Assembly (NCBI RefSeq): GCF_009914755.1
Contig: NC_060936.1
Origin: the human T2T-CHM13v2.0 reference genome, Homo sapiens
DNA length: 64,000 nt
Reading direction: 5' to 3' (one strand)
The notes under the pieces: model-generated
What the model was told of the DNA's origin: nothing
Database searches by the model: none
Seen by the model: the letters and a program-made list of their open reading frames with translations, nothing else
Shown: positions 1 through 12,665 of the stretch, piece after piece
How positions within the stretch are numbered: position 1 is the stretch's first letter
Layout: every line of letters starts with the position of its first letter
Position numbers and translations under genes: made by a program

Positions 1-85
1 CCTGAGCCCAACCCAGCTGACCCCAGCCTAGATCAGCCAAACCCCAACCAAACTGAAGATGTGTGAATGAGAAATAAATGCTTAG
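1..85 (+). mobile_element. MLT1-type MaLR LTR 3' fragment, cut by the window edge
   Basis: AGCCTAGATCAGCC...GAGAAATAAATGCTT resembles the MLT1H/J LTR 3' end. Confidence 0.55.
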
Positions 86-310
86 GTGGTAGAAGGAGAA
101 CTTTACCGGCTTCCAGACGCAAATGCTTGGAACCCTTGTAAAACTCATGTCTGCTACTAAGCATGAAGTGTGTCCCACAGACAGCCAGCCACACTGGACT
201 TGAGTAGACAGTTCTGGTGCCTCTTTTCACATCACTCTCCTTTCCCTGGGGTTTAAGAGTCAACGCTTCCTGGTTTCATATCCTTATTCCAACTCTTTAT
301 AGATTTGTGA

Positions 311-460
311 CTTTGAGCCTCAGATTCCTCATCTGCAAAATGGGAGTTATGATGACCAACCTCAAAGGGCTGTGAAATTCAGATGGGATAATACCTATAA
401 AGCATTTTGAAAATAACCTGGCACATAGTAAATATATTTTCAACAAATAATAGTTAATAA
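311..460 (+). mobile_element. MIR SINE (representative of ~40 MIR fragments in the window)
   Basis: MIR core GAGCCTCAGATTCCTCATCTGCAAAATGGG plus CCTGGCACATAGTA tail. Confidence 0.85.
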
Positions 461-1191
461 TTTTCTTTCTTTCTTTCTTTCTTTCTTTTTTTTTTTGGTG
501 GGTGGCACTCATTACTCAATTGCACCCATTGCTTTTGGATTTTACTCATGGCTCATTCAGACTTGGGGGCTTGAATGCCTCAACTCATGTCTCCTTGCTG
601 GTGAGCCTGACCTAGCTTTCCAAGTGCTGCTTCTGGATAGAAGGAGGACACGGTTCTGAAATGCCCATACATTTTGAGTTCCCGCTAGAAAAGCCTCAGT
701 TTCTGGGAGGTGGAGATCAAATGTTGAGAAATAAGACATGAATCATGGCTTTCCAGGGAGGTTCAAATCCAGGTTCTAGGCAGTTGCCAAGGATTACAGA
801 GAGTGGAGTCAGGTTCTGAGTGTCTTATAAAGCTTGATTTTTTTTCTCACTTCTGTGAGTCTGAACCCTGTAGGATGAATATCAAAAGCACAGTCAACCA
901 GTCAGGTACGTAAACACACATGCTGGATGGCTGGAGGATTACACCAACCTGGGCCAGAAGAGAAGGTACATCCATTCCATTTTGCCTGCTTCAGCCTCAG
1001 TGAGGGAAAGGCCACCATCTCACCTTGCCCGGGAGACCTTGGCTCTCTCTAAAGTGAGAAGGTTATGGGGGTTTTGTTCAGATCTGTGCTCTGTGGATGG
1101 AGAGGTGTGTGGGAAGGGCTGCTCATCAGAGGCACAGAATTGTCCCAATGAGAGTGTAATTGAGAAAGAGAAAGACAGAGATATCTCTATA

Positions 1192-1380
1192 CTGCAGTTA
1201 TCGATGCTAAGATGCATATTTTCCTCCACATTTTAACAACTCTGATATCAGGATGTTTCTTGCCATGAACTGACTGAAAGTGTTGTGTCAGAATAATTGA
1301 TATCATTTTCTTTTTACCAGTGGTTCATGCAATAACAGTGTGTCTTACAACCTATGGCATCTTAGATTTGGAAAATATGG
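1192..1380 (+). mobile_element. MER104-like Tc2/mariner non-autonomous DNA transposon
   Basis: ATCGATGCTAAGATGCATATTTT...GGCATCTTAGATTTGGAAAATATGG degenerate terminal inverted repeats; TA at left flank. Confidence 0.7.
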
Positions 1381-2179
1381 TCTTTTTAACAGCTCATATT
1401 TCTGTAGATTTGCTCTGCGCTAAATGGGGCAAAGCTAGTGGAATGACTGAAAGGTGACCTCTTAAACTGAAATTTGTTAAGGCTGGACACAAAGCGCAGC
1501 CAGCATGTGCCAACATCACCCAAATCCCATACTGGAATCTTCTTGATAGCTAGAGTGAGGCACATTAATTGCACAGAATCTAACACCTCCCTGGATATCC
1601 CCTACTCTTGAAACGGAGCTCCACAGGGAAAGAACAGCTTGAACACAATCCGCTGACAAAGTGGATGTATTGAACAGATCTCAACCCTCACACTGTTAAA
1701 AAAAAAATCCTACTGCATTAGGAAACACCAAGAAATTAAATCAGACTGATTTGCAAAGGCCAAATGAAGTCCCTTCATCCTCCACAAAACATGGTTAGAA
1801 TGCAACCATCTGGAAAGATGAAGGCTGAGCAAAGGGATGACCAGAAGCTGTAAAACCAAGGAATATGGGAAGCAGAAATATAATCCAAATCATTTATTGT
1901 CACTGTTGAATGTCAGGAAAGTGCTACTTCTCTGTGTCAATATGCCTTGGGGTAGGTGAGTTCTCTGGCCCACAGGTTACATTGCCCCTACCCAGTCTGC
2001 ACCCCACAGCCCCTTATATATACTGACTATAGCACTGGTCACACCCTGCTATTGTTTCCCTGCCCCCATGTCCTGTGATCTCCTAGAAGGCAGAGCCTGT
2101 GGTGGCCATCCCTGTGGACATCGAAGGTGCCCCATCAACCTTTGTTGACCACACACACGCTTGATGCAGAAGAGGGCAC

Positions 2180-2233
2180 AGATGAGACTTAGATCTTGCT
2201 CCTAAAAGATGAGACTTAGATCTTGCTTCTAAA
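2180..2233 (+). repeat. 27-bp tandem duplication
   Basis: AGATGAGACTTAGATCTTGCT(C/T)CTAAA x2, one mismatch. Confidence 0.95.
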
Positions 2234-2527
2234 AGACGACATTCCAGGACCAACGAAGGGAATTATTGCATCATGGTTGTTGAACAGGAGAATCTTGTTA
2301 CCCTAAGATATATGATAATGAGGTTAGATAAACAGCTAGACTCAAGGAGGGGCTGGGGATATCTGAGGATCACAGAGCCCTGGGCACTGTGAGAAAGGCT
2401 TCCACTTTGGAGACTGAGGCACAGTGAAGCCTGTGTCTCCAACAGGTGGTCTGCGGGGAGCAGCACCCTGGCCTGGAGGTGGAATCTGACCAGAAGTTAT
2501 AGCAATGAACATTCATTGTGGGGAGTG

Positions 2528-2683
2528 AAAATATATATATATATATATATATAATATATATTATTTATATAATATATATATAATATATATATATATATAA
2601 TATATATTATATATATATATATAATATATATATTATATAAAAATATATATAATATATATTATATAAAAATATATATATAATTT
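2528..2683. repeat. (TA)n-rich low-complexity tract, 156 bp of pure A/T
   Basis: No G or C between 2528 and 2683; interrupted TA repeats. Confidence 0.97.
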
Positions 2684-3602
2684 CATATATAGATATATCT
2701 ACATATGAAGCTGCAAAAACACAAAATCATCTAGTTGTGTCCCCTGTGCTTAGCACAGTTCTCAATGCATAGCAGGTGCTCAACAAATATTTGTGGATTG
2801 AATTGTCAAATGTATAACACAGGTAGGGATGGGGAAGGGGCCTTTCCAAAATGCTTCTTTCACAAGATCTCTTCTTGCCCAGAGATTAACTTGCAGCCAC
2901 CACCACCACTGACATTTTTGAGCTCTTCCTCTGTAGCTAGTATGGAGTCTCAGTGCCCTCTAAGTTGAGAAAGGAGGCAGAGAACTAGCTTGCATAAAGC
3001 CCTTCTCTCTGCTGCTCCTCATTACTCAATGAGTTGGGTCCTGTTATTATCATTATTTTACAGATGAGGAAAATGAGGTGAACTAACATATCAACATCAC
3101 ACAGCTTATAAATGTGTGATAGACATACAAACCCAAGTCTGCCTCCATAACACATCACACTTTGCTACTTCTATCTCAGAGGATGGGAGGAAACCCCCTT
3201 CTCGCTAAAACGAGACCCATGATAATGACATTGCAATAGTAATACTCTACATTCCCCAGCATGTTCCACTGTCATACCTCAGGAACATGATGGGGTTCAC
3301 ATTCCCTTTGAGCACTTGTTTTATGATACACTATAGGAAGAAAGTGTGTAAATAGGGATATTTCCCCACATTTCAGCCCCTGACAGCCTCTTTCACACCA
3401 AAGAAGGAGTTGCTAAACTGATTAGTCAATGCCTGGGATACTGACTAGACTGCATGTTATTGGTGGGTGTGATTACTGGTCCTTAAAGACAGGACCCCAG
3501 ATCCCACCTTTCTCTTCGTCTTCATGCTTGAGTCCATCTCCCTTTAGTCTATGCTCTCTGAATATTCAGCTTGTCAATAAGTTAGATGAGGACTTACTTT
3601 GA

Positions 3603-3992
<390 letters not shown>

Positions 3993-4061
3993 AATCTATC
4001 TTATCTATCCGTCCATGTAATCTGTCTTATCTATCTATCCATCTGTCTATCATCTGCCTAT

Positions 4062-4216
4062 CTCCATGTCTCTCTCCCTCCCTCTCTCTCCTTTCCTCTC
4101 ACTCTCCTTCCATCCTTCCTTTCTTTGTCTTTTCTTGTCTCTCCTACTCTCCTTTCCCTTCTCCTTCCTTTCCCCTTTTCCTTTCCCTTGCCTTTCCTCA
4201 GCTCCTTTTTCCTCTC
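4062..4216 (+). repeat. CT-rich polypyrimidine low-complexity tract
   Basis: Almost entirely C/T for ~150 bp. Confidence 0.85.
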
Positions 4217-4541
4217 ACAAATGCATGTAGGCCTCAGGAGTTCTTGAGTACCTGGTTCCCAAATCTTTCTCTTAACCTGTAACACTCCTGATAAATTGAT
4301 GCATTTTCTCATTCAAAACATATTTATTGGGTATCTACTATTATCAAGGTCCTGGGAAAAAATTATTCTGTGTGAGTTTAATGAAAAAAAATACGGATCT
4401 CATGAAGTTTACAATCTTATATAATGTACAATTTTCTTTGTTCTAGGCCGATTAAAACCCATTGAAAGCGCACTAGGAAAATCTATCATCAAGAAGTGGT
4501 GAATTGCACCTTTCTGTTTTCATGATATAACAGATACTCAC

Positions 4542-5097
4542 AAAAGGTATAAAAAATTCACTTGGACTAGCAGCGGCTGAAAAACTCCCATTTTAAAGCT
4601 GGAAGCAGATTTCTGCCTGGCAAGTGGTTGGGATTTAGACACCCTTTGGGACCAACCATTCCTTTGTTCTAGAAAAACCACCTGAACAGGTCCTTTAGCT
4701 ATACTAAGTACAAAGCAAGTGGGTGTCAATTGTTTCAAGGAAAGCTGTGAATTATCAGCTATCTTAAATGCAAATGGTTAAGCCAAGCTCCTCCTAATTC
4801 TCTGGAGACTTTGTTTTGATTGGGGTGAGTGGGAGTATATTTCTTTTTTTCCGGTATGGATTTGGGTGGCATCGTGCAGGAGGCCTGGATCCCACTGCTT
4901 GTCTTCAAGGCTCGCTGCATACTGGTGACAGAGCGTAGCTGATGGGGAGCTGGATCTGAAGCCCCGGTGGCTGCAGGAAAGACGGGAAAGTCCAGCTTAA
5001 AAAGTATGTGGTCCAAGTTGAGGGATCCCAAAATGTGGACTCTGCAGTTGAGGTCATAGATATGGTATAGTAAAAAAATACACACATACCACATAAG
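4542..5097 (-). other. Candidate spliced exon, probably non-coding
   Basis: Minus-strand acceptor TTTTGTA-T10-CAG (AG at 5099-5098), donor GTGAGTA starting at 4541, non-repetitive interior; no transcript evidence available. Confidence 0.3.
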
Positions 5098-5569
5098 CTG
5101 AAAAAAAAAATACAAAACTGAGTCTATTAAGTTGTCAAGCAAAAGAATGCCAGTGAGAAATTTCACTGAGCAGGTCATTCACAGAGGGGATGAAGTCAGG
5201 AGTTTTAAGTGCTAAAAAGGGATTTTCATGGCACTATCGTAATGAGGCGTTGAAAGCTAGTCCTGTGGACAGGAAGAATGAGCTCATCAGTCTGCACACA
5301 GATCCACTGGTCAGGAAAGAGTCTTCAGTTACTTCCAGTGAGGGCTGGCATGCAGGGTCATCAAGAGTTTGTGGTCTTTTATCAGCTTCAGTTAGTTACA
5401 ATTTGTGATGAAACACAATAGTCAGTTTGGGTATCTCTAAGCAAGCACTGATATAAGTGGAAATGTTTTTTTTGACAGTGCTATTGAAGACTAAGTAAGT
5501 CAGGCTTCAGGAAAGGTGCTGATGCTGGCAGATTTTATTCTTATGTGCCAACTCACCCCACTGGTATTG

Positions 5570-6453
5570 ATGAAGCTTCTCATAAAGGAAGTTGACCACT
5601 CTGGGACTGAACATACAAATGGACAGTGGCCAGATCATGTATAAAAATAGAACTCTGACCTACAACTTCTGCAGCAAGCAACCCAGGAAGCCAAACCACA
5701 ATCTCTGCAGCAATTAGCCTTAAACAGCAAGGACTTGATCAATAACTGCCAGGTTCCCTAATTTTCACCCCCACTTCCAATTTAGGACCAACCAGGAAAG
5801 GAAAATGAGCTCTGCTAACCACTCCCATAGTGTCTTATTCCATTTTTTGTTGCTACAAAGGAACACCCAAGGCTGGATAATTTATAAAGAAAATTTATAA
5901 AGAAAATGAGTTTGTTTGACTCACAGTTCTGCAGTTTGTACAAGAAGCATGGTGCCAGCATCTGCATCTGGTGAGGGCTTCAGTCAGCTTCCACTTATTG
6001 TGAAAGGTAAAGGGGAGCCAGCATCATGTGGCAAGGGAGGAAGGAAGAGAGAGAGGAGAGGAAGTGCCAGGCTCTTTTCAACAATTACATATGGTGGGAA
6101 CTAACAGAGTGAGAACTCACTCATTACCGTGAGGACAGCACCAAGTCCCATGATCCAAACACATCCCTTGGGCCTCACCTCCAACCTTGGGGTTCAAATT
6201 TCAACATGAGATTTGGAAGGGACAAATATCTAAACTATATTCCGTAGGATGCCTACTTTTAGTTAGCTCACCTACAGCTTCCCCATGCCAACAGCCTCCA
6301 ATCAGGGCACACCTGCTACTTTTCATGTTTTCCCCATAAAGATTTCCCACTCCTTTGCCAAATGCATGTAATGGTGGTTGACTCTCTTGCTATAGCAAGC
6401 TATGAATAAACAGGTTTACTTTTCTCTTTTGGGTGTCTTTTGTTTGTTTCTAC
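5570..6453 (+). mobile_element. ERV1-class solo LTR (MER31/MER67-like) interrupted by an MST LTR
   Basis: AATAGAACTCTGACCTACAAC...CCCAGGAAGCCAAACCACAA motif; resumes after 6247 through GCTATAGCAAGCTATGAATAAA to a terminal ACA. Confidence 0.65.
5831..6242 (-). mobile_element. MSTB-like MaLR solo LTR
   Basis: TGTCTTATTCC...TTTCAACATGAGATTTGG...AAACTATAT; 5-bp TSD CATAG/CGTAG. Confidence 0.85.
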
Positions 6454-7109
6454 AATTCCCACTGTTAAATTAGGGATAAGGAGGACAGTGAAGGTGGCAC
6501 TTTAGACAAGGGGGTCTGGACCCCAGGAGTGCAGGTGTGCTCCAGGGCATCCCTGGTGGGGCGGGGTCAGCTGCCTCTGGCTCTTGGAGGCAGGACTGCA
6601 GCCAGGCAAGGGATAGCCAATAAAGGCCTCTAGGGTAGGCTTGGAGCCTGGGGTTCTGAGACAAGCCACCTCTAACAGCAGAAATAAATTGCACCCTTGA
6701 TTGCAAATCCTTCCTGGATGTCCAGCAACTTCTTGACAAACTTAATGGCCAGGTCTTTCTTGTACCATGGAAGATTTAAAATAGGGATTTGCTTCCATAT
6801 GGGAATGGACCAATAAAGGGCAAGGGCAAGGTCAGGGTAGGCCTTGAACAAGAAAAGAATGCTAGAAGGCATCGGGCTTCCATATCTATCATATTGAAGA
6901 ACCTAGGTACATCATGTGGTCTCTAGTGATGAGATGTTGCCCTTGATGTCAGAGGTAGACTTCTTTCTTGCATGACAAAGATCAAGTATGGTGTGATCAC
7001 CCTTGAGGAACTTCAGAAATATCTGGGGGAATAGAAAGTCTGTGAAAAGACTATAAGTCTGGCCAGTAGTATGATTTATAATAATAAGGGCAGAGGGCAG
7101 GCAACTAGC

Positions 7110-7435
7110 CAACAAGAGGAGATGGCTAAAGCCATCCTATGAACCATTACACAGTCATTAAAAATAATGTTAATTGATTTGCAAGGCATGAGATGATTCT
7201 CACAATACATCAAGCAGAAAAAAATGACACAAAAGTTTGAACAAGATCGTGCCATTTTTATAATGAAAAATGACTACAGGTATAGAAAAAAAAAAGATCA
7301 TGAGGTTATTTACCAAAATGTTGAGTTACAATCTCTGTGTGGGGGCCTGGGTGACTTTTACTTACTTCTATTTGTTTACTGGCATTCTTTGAAATTGCCA
7401 TAATAAATAGAAATTATAGATTGACACTAGAAAAA
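7110..7435 (+). mobile_element. Old L1ME 3' remnant
   Basis: A-rich degenerate L1M 3'UTR-like sequence (TACACAGTCATTAAAAATAATG...ACCAAAATGTTGA). Confidence 0.5.
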
Positions 7436-10400
7436 GCAAATGTTATTTCAAGTGCTGCTTTAACAATGGAGCTGCTTTGTGTCTTCGAGAGTGGGACTTG
7501 ACCTTACCCCTAACACTCCCGTGTGCATCTCTCTGGGCTCTGCCTGTCTGGCCAAAATGCCAGGAAATAAACACAAACTGCAGCTTAAGGAGATCTGTTC
7601 AGGAAAAAGCAGGGAGGAGAGCCAAATTCTTCATCCAATCCTTCAGCCAACTGTGTCTTTGTAATAATAAAAATGCAAAGCTGTGAGATAGGAGGGATTT
7701 GAGGCTCTGGGGAGAGAAAATGAAACAAAGAGACCGTTTTGGGTGTGGGGGCTTACTGACACAGCCTGGGGTGGTATGGGCTTTATACCCCCTGCAATGA
7801 TCTCAAAGGCCCACTTCAAATTATATTATTCATTGATATGAGTGATGGATATTTTCTCTATCTTATGTAGGTCGGATGCGGATAAAAAGACAATTTGGCT
7901 ATAGCAATTGAGATAAGATCAATGTACTTGAAGCCCCCAACTACTGAAATCATGCAGCTTTCACTGCTGAGTTTGCATGGAGAGGCAGTGGAGCAGCTGA
8001 CAATGGCTGGCCTAATAAATTTCAGGAATGTGACCTGTCCCCATCCACACTGATACAGCCACTGTGAGCACCCTGCCTCTGGCCAGCGATGGTGCAAGTC
8101 CCTCCTGTCACTCACAGAGAACACAGCCAGACTCTCAGCATGGCCAAGGCCCAGGGCTGTGCAGAAATGGTGGGGCTGTATCACCCAGGCTCTGATGCCT
8201 GTCTCCTCTTCCCTGGGTCAGGATGTCTCATAGTGTGCTCTTTCTAAGCCTCCAGTGGGCTGTCTTTGGTGCTCTATGAAGGGAGCAGAGTTTTGGCCTT
8301 TATTATTACATTCTGCTGTGCAGTTTGATCTTGGCCAAATACATGTTCCTCTTAGGAAAATTTTCATTTTAGATATTCTTCCCCCACCAGCCTCCCAAAT
8401 TTCATTTTGTGCATTTGTTACTTCCACGAGGAAAAAGCAAACATCCCTTTGGAAACCGCCGAATGGGTTTGTGCCATGATTAGATCCATACGATGGTCAG
8501 GCAGAGCCTCCCAGAGCCACTAAGGACAGTAAAAGCCCCAAGAGACAATCGGCAGCTGAGGCAAGTTGAGGTGAAGAATCCACATTTGGACCCAAAATTG
8601 TACAGGCAGCAGTTTTGACAACGAGCTAAAGATGTGCAGTGGAGAGAGAAACACAACTGGCTTTAGTTTATGTCTTTCTATAATTTTTATGTCTGCATTG
8701 GAATTAGTTCCTATTCCCCCTCTATCTTACCTGAAAAGAACTAAACTCTGATAATTAAACTTAAAGTGTGCCGTATGTATCCACCATGTCACATACATAC
8801 ATTTCCAGTTCTTGGCACTTATTTTTAAGTGGTACAATTATTTATTATACATGGTAATACATTTCTTTGTTCTCTGGTACCTTCTAGACCCTAAAGCGAA
8901 AAAAGCCTTTAATAAAAATTTGAATACTGCATTATTGAAGCAGGGAGGCTGTATTATTATAGATTATAGAATGGTTGGGCTTTGGGATGTTTTGATGAAT
9001 CATTGCCTAATATTTCTCTTCTTGTGACACATATATGATTATTAAATGTTGTCTGCTCACTGATTAACTTTGTTTATTTCCTAATTAGGCTTAGGATCAG
9101 CTGTCTTGTGGTTATAGAAATAATTGTTTGATTAATGTGTGGGAATTTACATTTTCATTATACTTCTGAATAAGTTCTGTCCTAATTAGCCACAATGCCC
9201 CATGCTGATCTGCGGCACCAGAATTGTAATTTTCACCCATTAAGTAATAACTGTTAAATTGATTGGTGATAATTGGGTGTAGATAGTAAATACACATTAG
9301 CAGAATTTAAATTATATAGCAGCTACTTCTTTCAATTTGCTTCCAAAGTAGCAAAGTTCTAGAGATGGGCAGTCATGATTTGGATAGAGTGGGGCCTCAC
9401 ATACTTGCCAATACTCTTTTTGATCAGTAAATTCCATAAAGTTTCAAGAGGAGCTCTAGAAATCAGCCAATCTGCTGGAATTTGATGTCTGGGTTTGTGA
9501 ATGAGTGTCTCCCCAAGTTTCTCCCTAGGCATCTCTCTTACCTTAGCCTAGTGCCTGTCTGCTACTTTGTTAAGAACCCTCAATGGCCCCTACAGAGCCT
9601 GCTCTTGGAGGCTTAAAATATGCTGGCTGGTGCCCAAGAATCTTCAAAATAGGGTTACTCCTTCATAGCCATTCATCATATTAGGCTTTCTGCTGTGAGA
9701 CCCACTCAAGGTATCTCAGGAAGAAAAGCAGGATACATTGTAAGAACATGTGTGGAGTGGAGGTAGATCCAGGGAGTCCACGAAGGTATAACTCAGGGTA
9801 TCTCTACCTGTCTCTATTTCTGTCTCACTACCTTTCCCTTTGTCTCTGTCTCTCCATCTCTACCTTTGTTTCCACTGCTTTTCTCTTCACCTCTCTCCTC
9901 CTTCATGCACACCTTTTCAAGTCTCCTATCACACCACCAACCAGGTTTCCTATCTTCTTTGTTGTTTCATTTCCTTCGCTGCCACTCACGGCTTTGGTTT
10001 GCTGTGGTTCCAACTCAACCCCCTCACCTTCAGCCCTCACCAGCTACCCAGCCTCTCATTTCCCTGAGAGGGGAATGTAGACCTTGAGACTTTGTCGTGT
10101 GTTAGTCATTCGCCTGCCATTGTTTGCCATAGACATCTACCAACTGGGCTAAAATTTTACTTAATACTTTTTCAAAAAACCATTTTTTATACATCTTAAT
10201 ATTATGTATCATAAAGGGAACTTTATATCAGTATCACAAATGGAAAACAAGCATTTTCCTGGTATACATTACAATGAAAGCATAACAACTTTTTTTTTAA
10301 GTCACGTATTCTCACCAAAATAGTTTCATGTCAGGTACCACCCACTGTGTCCGTCCCGCCTTTCGGGAAGCAGTTGTAGCCCATCCTTTTCAAGCTGCCA

Positions 10401-11689
10401 CAAGTATTGTTTGTCACTAGCCTCAGGATTGGTTGATCTTCAGTCATGTGACTCTGCTGGTTTAATCAGCTGTGACTGGAGTTGGAGGCTGTGGTCACGT
10501 GATGTAGAACAATGCCGAGTGGGTACTGGGCTTCCCTGAGAGAGTAAGATGCTTCCAGCAGCCAGGTTTCAAGCCACATGCTCTGCGTACACGATCACAA
10601 TTCGTCCTCATAGCAACTCCATGAGGAGGGCGTTAGTAGCCCAGTTTCTCTGTCCTTTAAAGCCTAAGAGAGTGGGATAACTTCCTGAGGGTCAAAGGGA
10701 CCCACCATATGAAGCCCTGGGAAGACGCTGCTCCATTTGGGACCATTCTCAAGCAGTTCTATAAGAGCTGCATATCTTTACCTAAAATCTAAGGTCAGCC
10801 ACAATGGCCTCCAAAAACAGAACTCCTCTCCTCCAAATTCCAGAAAGGCAGAACTTTGAGCGAGCGAAAGGCCATTTGCAGTCGGCCAGGGAGGCTTTTT
10901 GCTGAGCTGAGAGGAAAAGCGTTTGGGGAGTGCTGAGAATGCTCAGCGCACTGTCTCGTACAGACTCCTGCCTCTGTTCCCACTCTGATTGCTGATGACC
11001 ACGCCGTCGGGATCTGGCGTCCAGGAGAGGACGGCTCTGGCTGTAGAACTTGCTGTGTTTCCTGCATTTATGGCTGCACTGACCCCAAAACAGCGCTCTG
11101 TTCTCTGCTTTTAATCTACTCTGACTTTGAAGGTTCTATTGAGGATGTTTCCTGCCTGTATCTTGTTTCTCCTCCCTCAGCACAGCCTCCAAATTAAAAA
11201 ACGAAACAAAACATTGATTCTTTGTGAAGGGAGCTGAAAATACGGTAACCACCGTGTAGATTGTCGACTTTGGAGGGAAAAAGTGCAGCTATATATTTGG
11301 CTGTGGTGACACAGTGCCTGACACAGCACTTGACCCGTGGCAGGCTCTCAGTTATGATTTGTGAATGGATGGATGAGACAGAATGGTTGGTGGGGCCTCT
11401 GGAGTAAATAGCCAAGGAGGGAGAGAAAATTCTTCATTTTTAGTAAGTATGTGACCAAAATAGAAGAAGTCCAAAATAGAACAGAAAACCACAGAGTATT
11501 TTTTCTGATGACATCAAAAATATCTACTTCCCTTGAAGGAAACCAGAATCATCTTTAGTTCCGGCAGAAATTCTTTCTTGGAGGCTCAGCCAGGAAACAT
11601 TGCATAATGTAGTTATGTAATGCTTTCTTTCCAAAGTGTATCTCTCAATGGTCTCCATACTTTCCAAGGGACCCAGTATGGAGTACAGA

Positions 11690-11910
11690 TTGACAGGGAA
11701 GGTTCTGAAGTCAGATTGCTTGGCCTTGAAAGCCAGCATTAGCTGGCTGGTGACCCTGAACTACAGGACTTAACCTTTATGATACTCAGATTCCCCAACT
11801 GTAAAATGGGGATTATAATAGTAATTACTTTGTAGGAATATTGTAAAGAATAAAGGGGATAATTCATGTGAGTCATCTAGTCCAATGCCCAGGGCTCAAT
11901 AATTGTTCAT
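11690..11910 (+). mobile_element. MIR SINE
   Basis: CTCAGATTCCCCAACTGTAAAATGGGGATTATAATAGTA core. Confidence 0.8.
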
Positions 11911-12237
11911 GGTAAATTTCTACATCTCCCTTTGAGACTGTCTGAGTTTCTGGATTTGATATACTCTTTTCCTCGAAGGGTGGAAGGATGTTATATTGTG
12001 ACCTTGCATTTCAAGGTCACTGGCTTAAATTAGGGAGGGTGTTGGGCATGGAACAATGGAAAGGTAAGAAAGAATGTTCTATCCTGACTTGAGCCTAGGG
12101 ATTGGCTCAATCTCCCCTTGAGCTGGGGTAGAATTAGTGCCAATCACACCATGTGGTTGCTACATAATGGGAAGGTGGTAAATCCCCACACCAAAGGGAA
12201 ATCAGGAGGAAGGAAAGGGAAGATATGTTTGGGAGGC

Positions 12238-12665
12238 ATCCTAGGTGGCTTCCCCCAAAAGCCAATCCTGAAATAAGGATTCCAGTGCAAGTGATTTGTT
12301 CAGAAGATGATTTCAAGGAAATAGAGGAAGGAGATTGGGCAACAGGTAAGAAACAGAGGACAGTCAATACAGGGAGGGCAGCTGGAGATTCATCCCAGGG
12401 AGAGTTACTGGGAAATGGTATAAAACACACACCAATGAGGGACAAGGGAGCTAGGGTATCTATATGTCCACTCCCCTCACTTATTGGTTGAGGGCTGCTG
12501 CTTCAAGGAGTGAATTCCCCAGCACTTCTTGCTAGCATGCAGAGCAGCCTTCTGAGGTTTGTGGAGGGGGAGGGGAAAGCTACACATAGTGGTGTAGAAA
12601 GTTATCTGAAGCACACTGGAGTGCTTGGATGTGAGGGATGTAGGTGAGGAACTGGCAGTATCTGT
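12238..12665 (-). mobile_element. LTR16-family ERVL solo LTR
   Basis: TTCCCCCAAAAGCCAATCCTGAAATAAGGATTCCAGTGCAAGTGATTTG matches the reverse of the LTR16 3' end. Confidence 0.65.

Noticed and set aside
6672-6872. Protein-looking peptide KKDLAIKFVKKLLDIQEGFAIKG as an exon or pseudogene fragment
   Set aside because: No convincing splice sites, poly(A) or TSD, and no recognised homologue; a tBLASTn/BLASTx hit would be needed.
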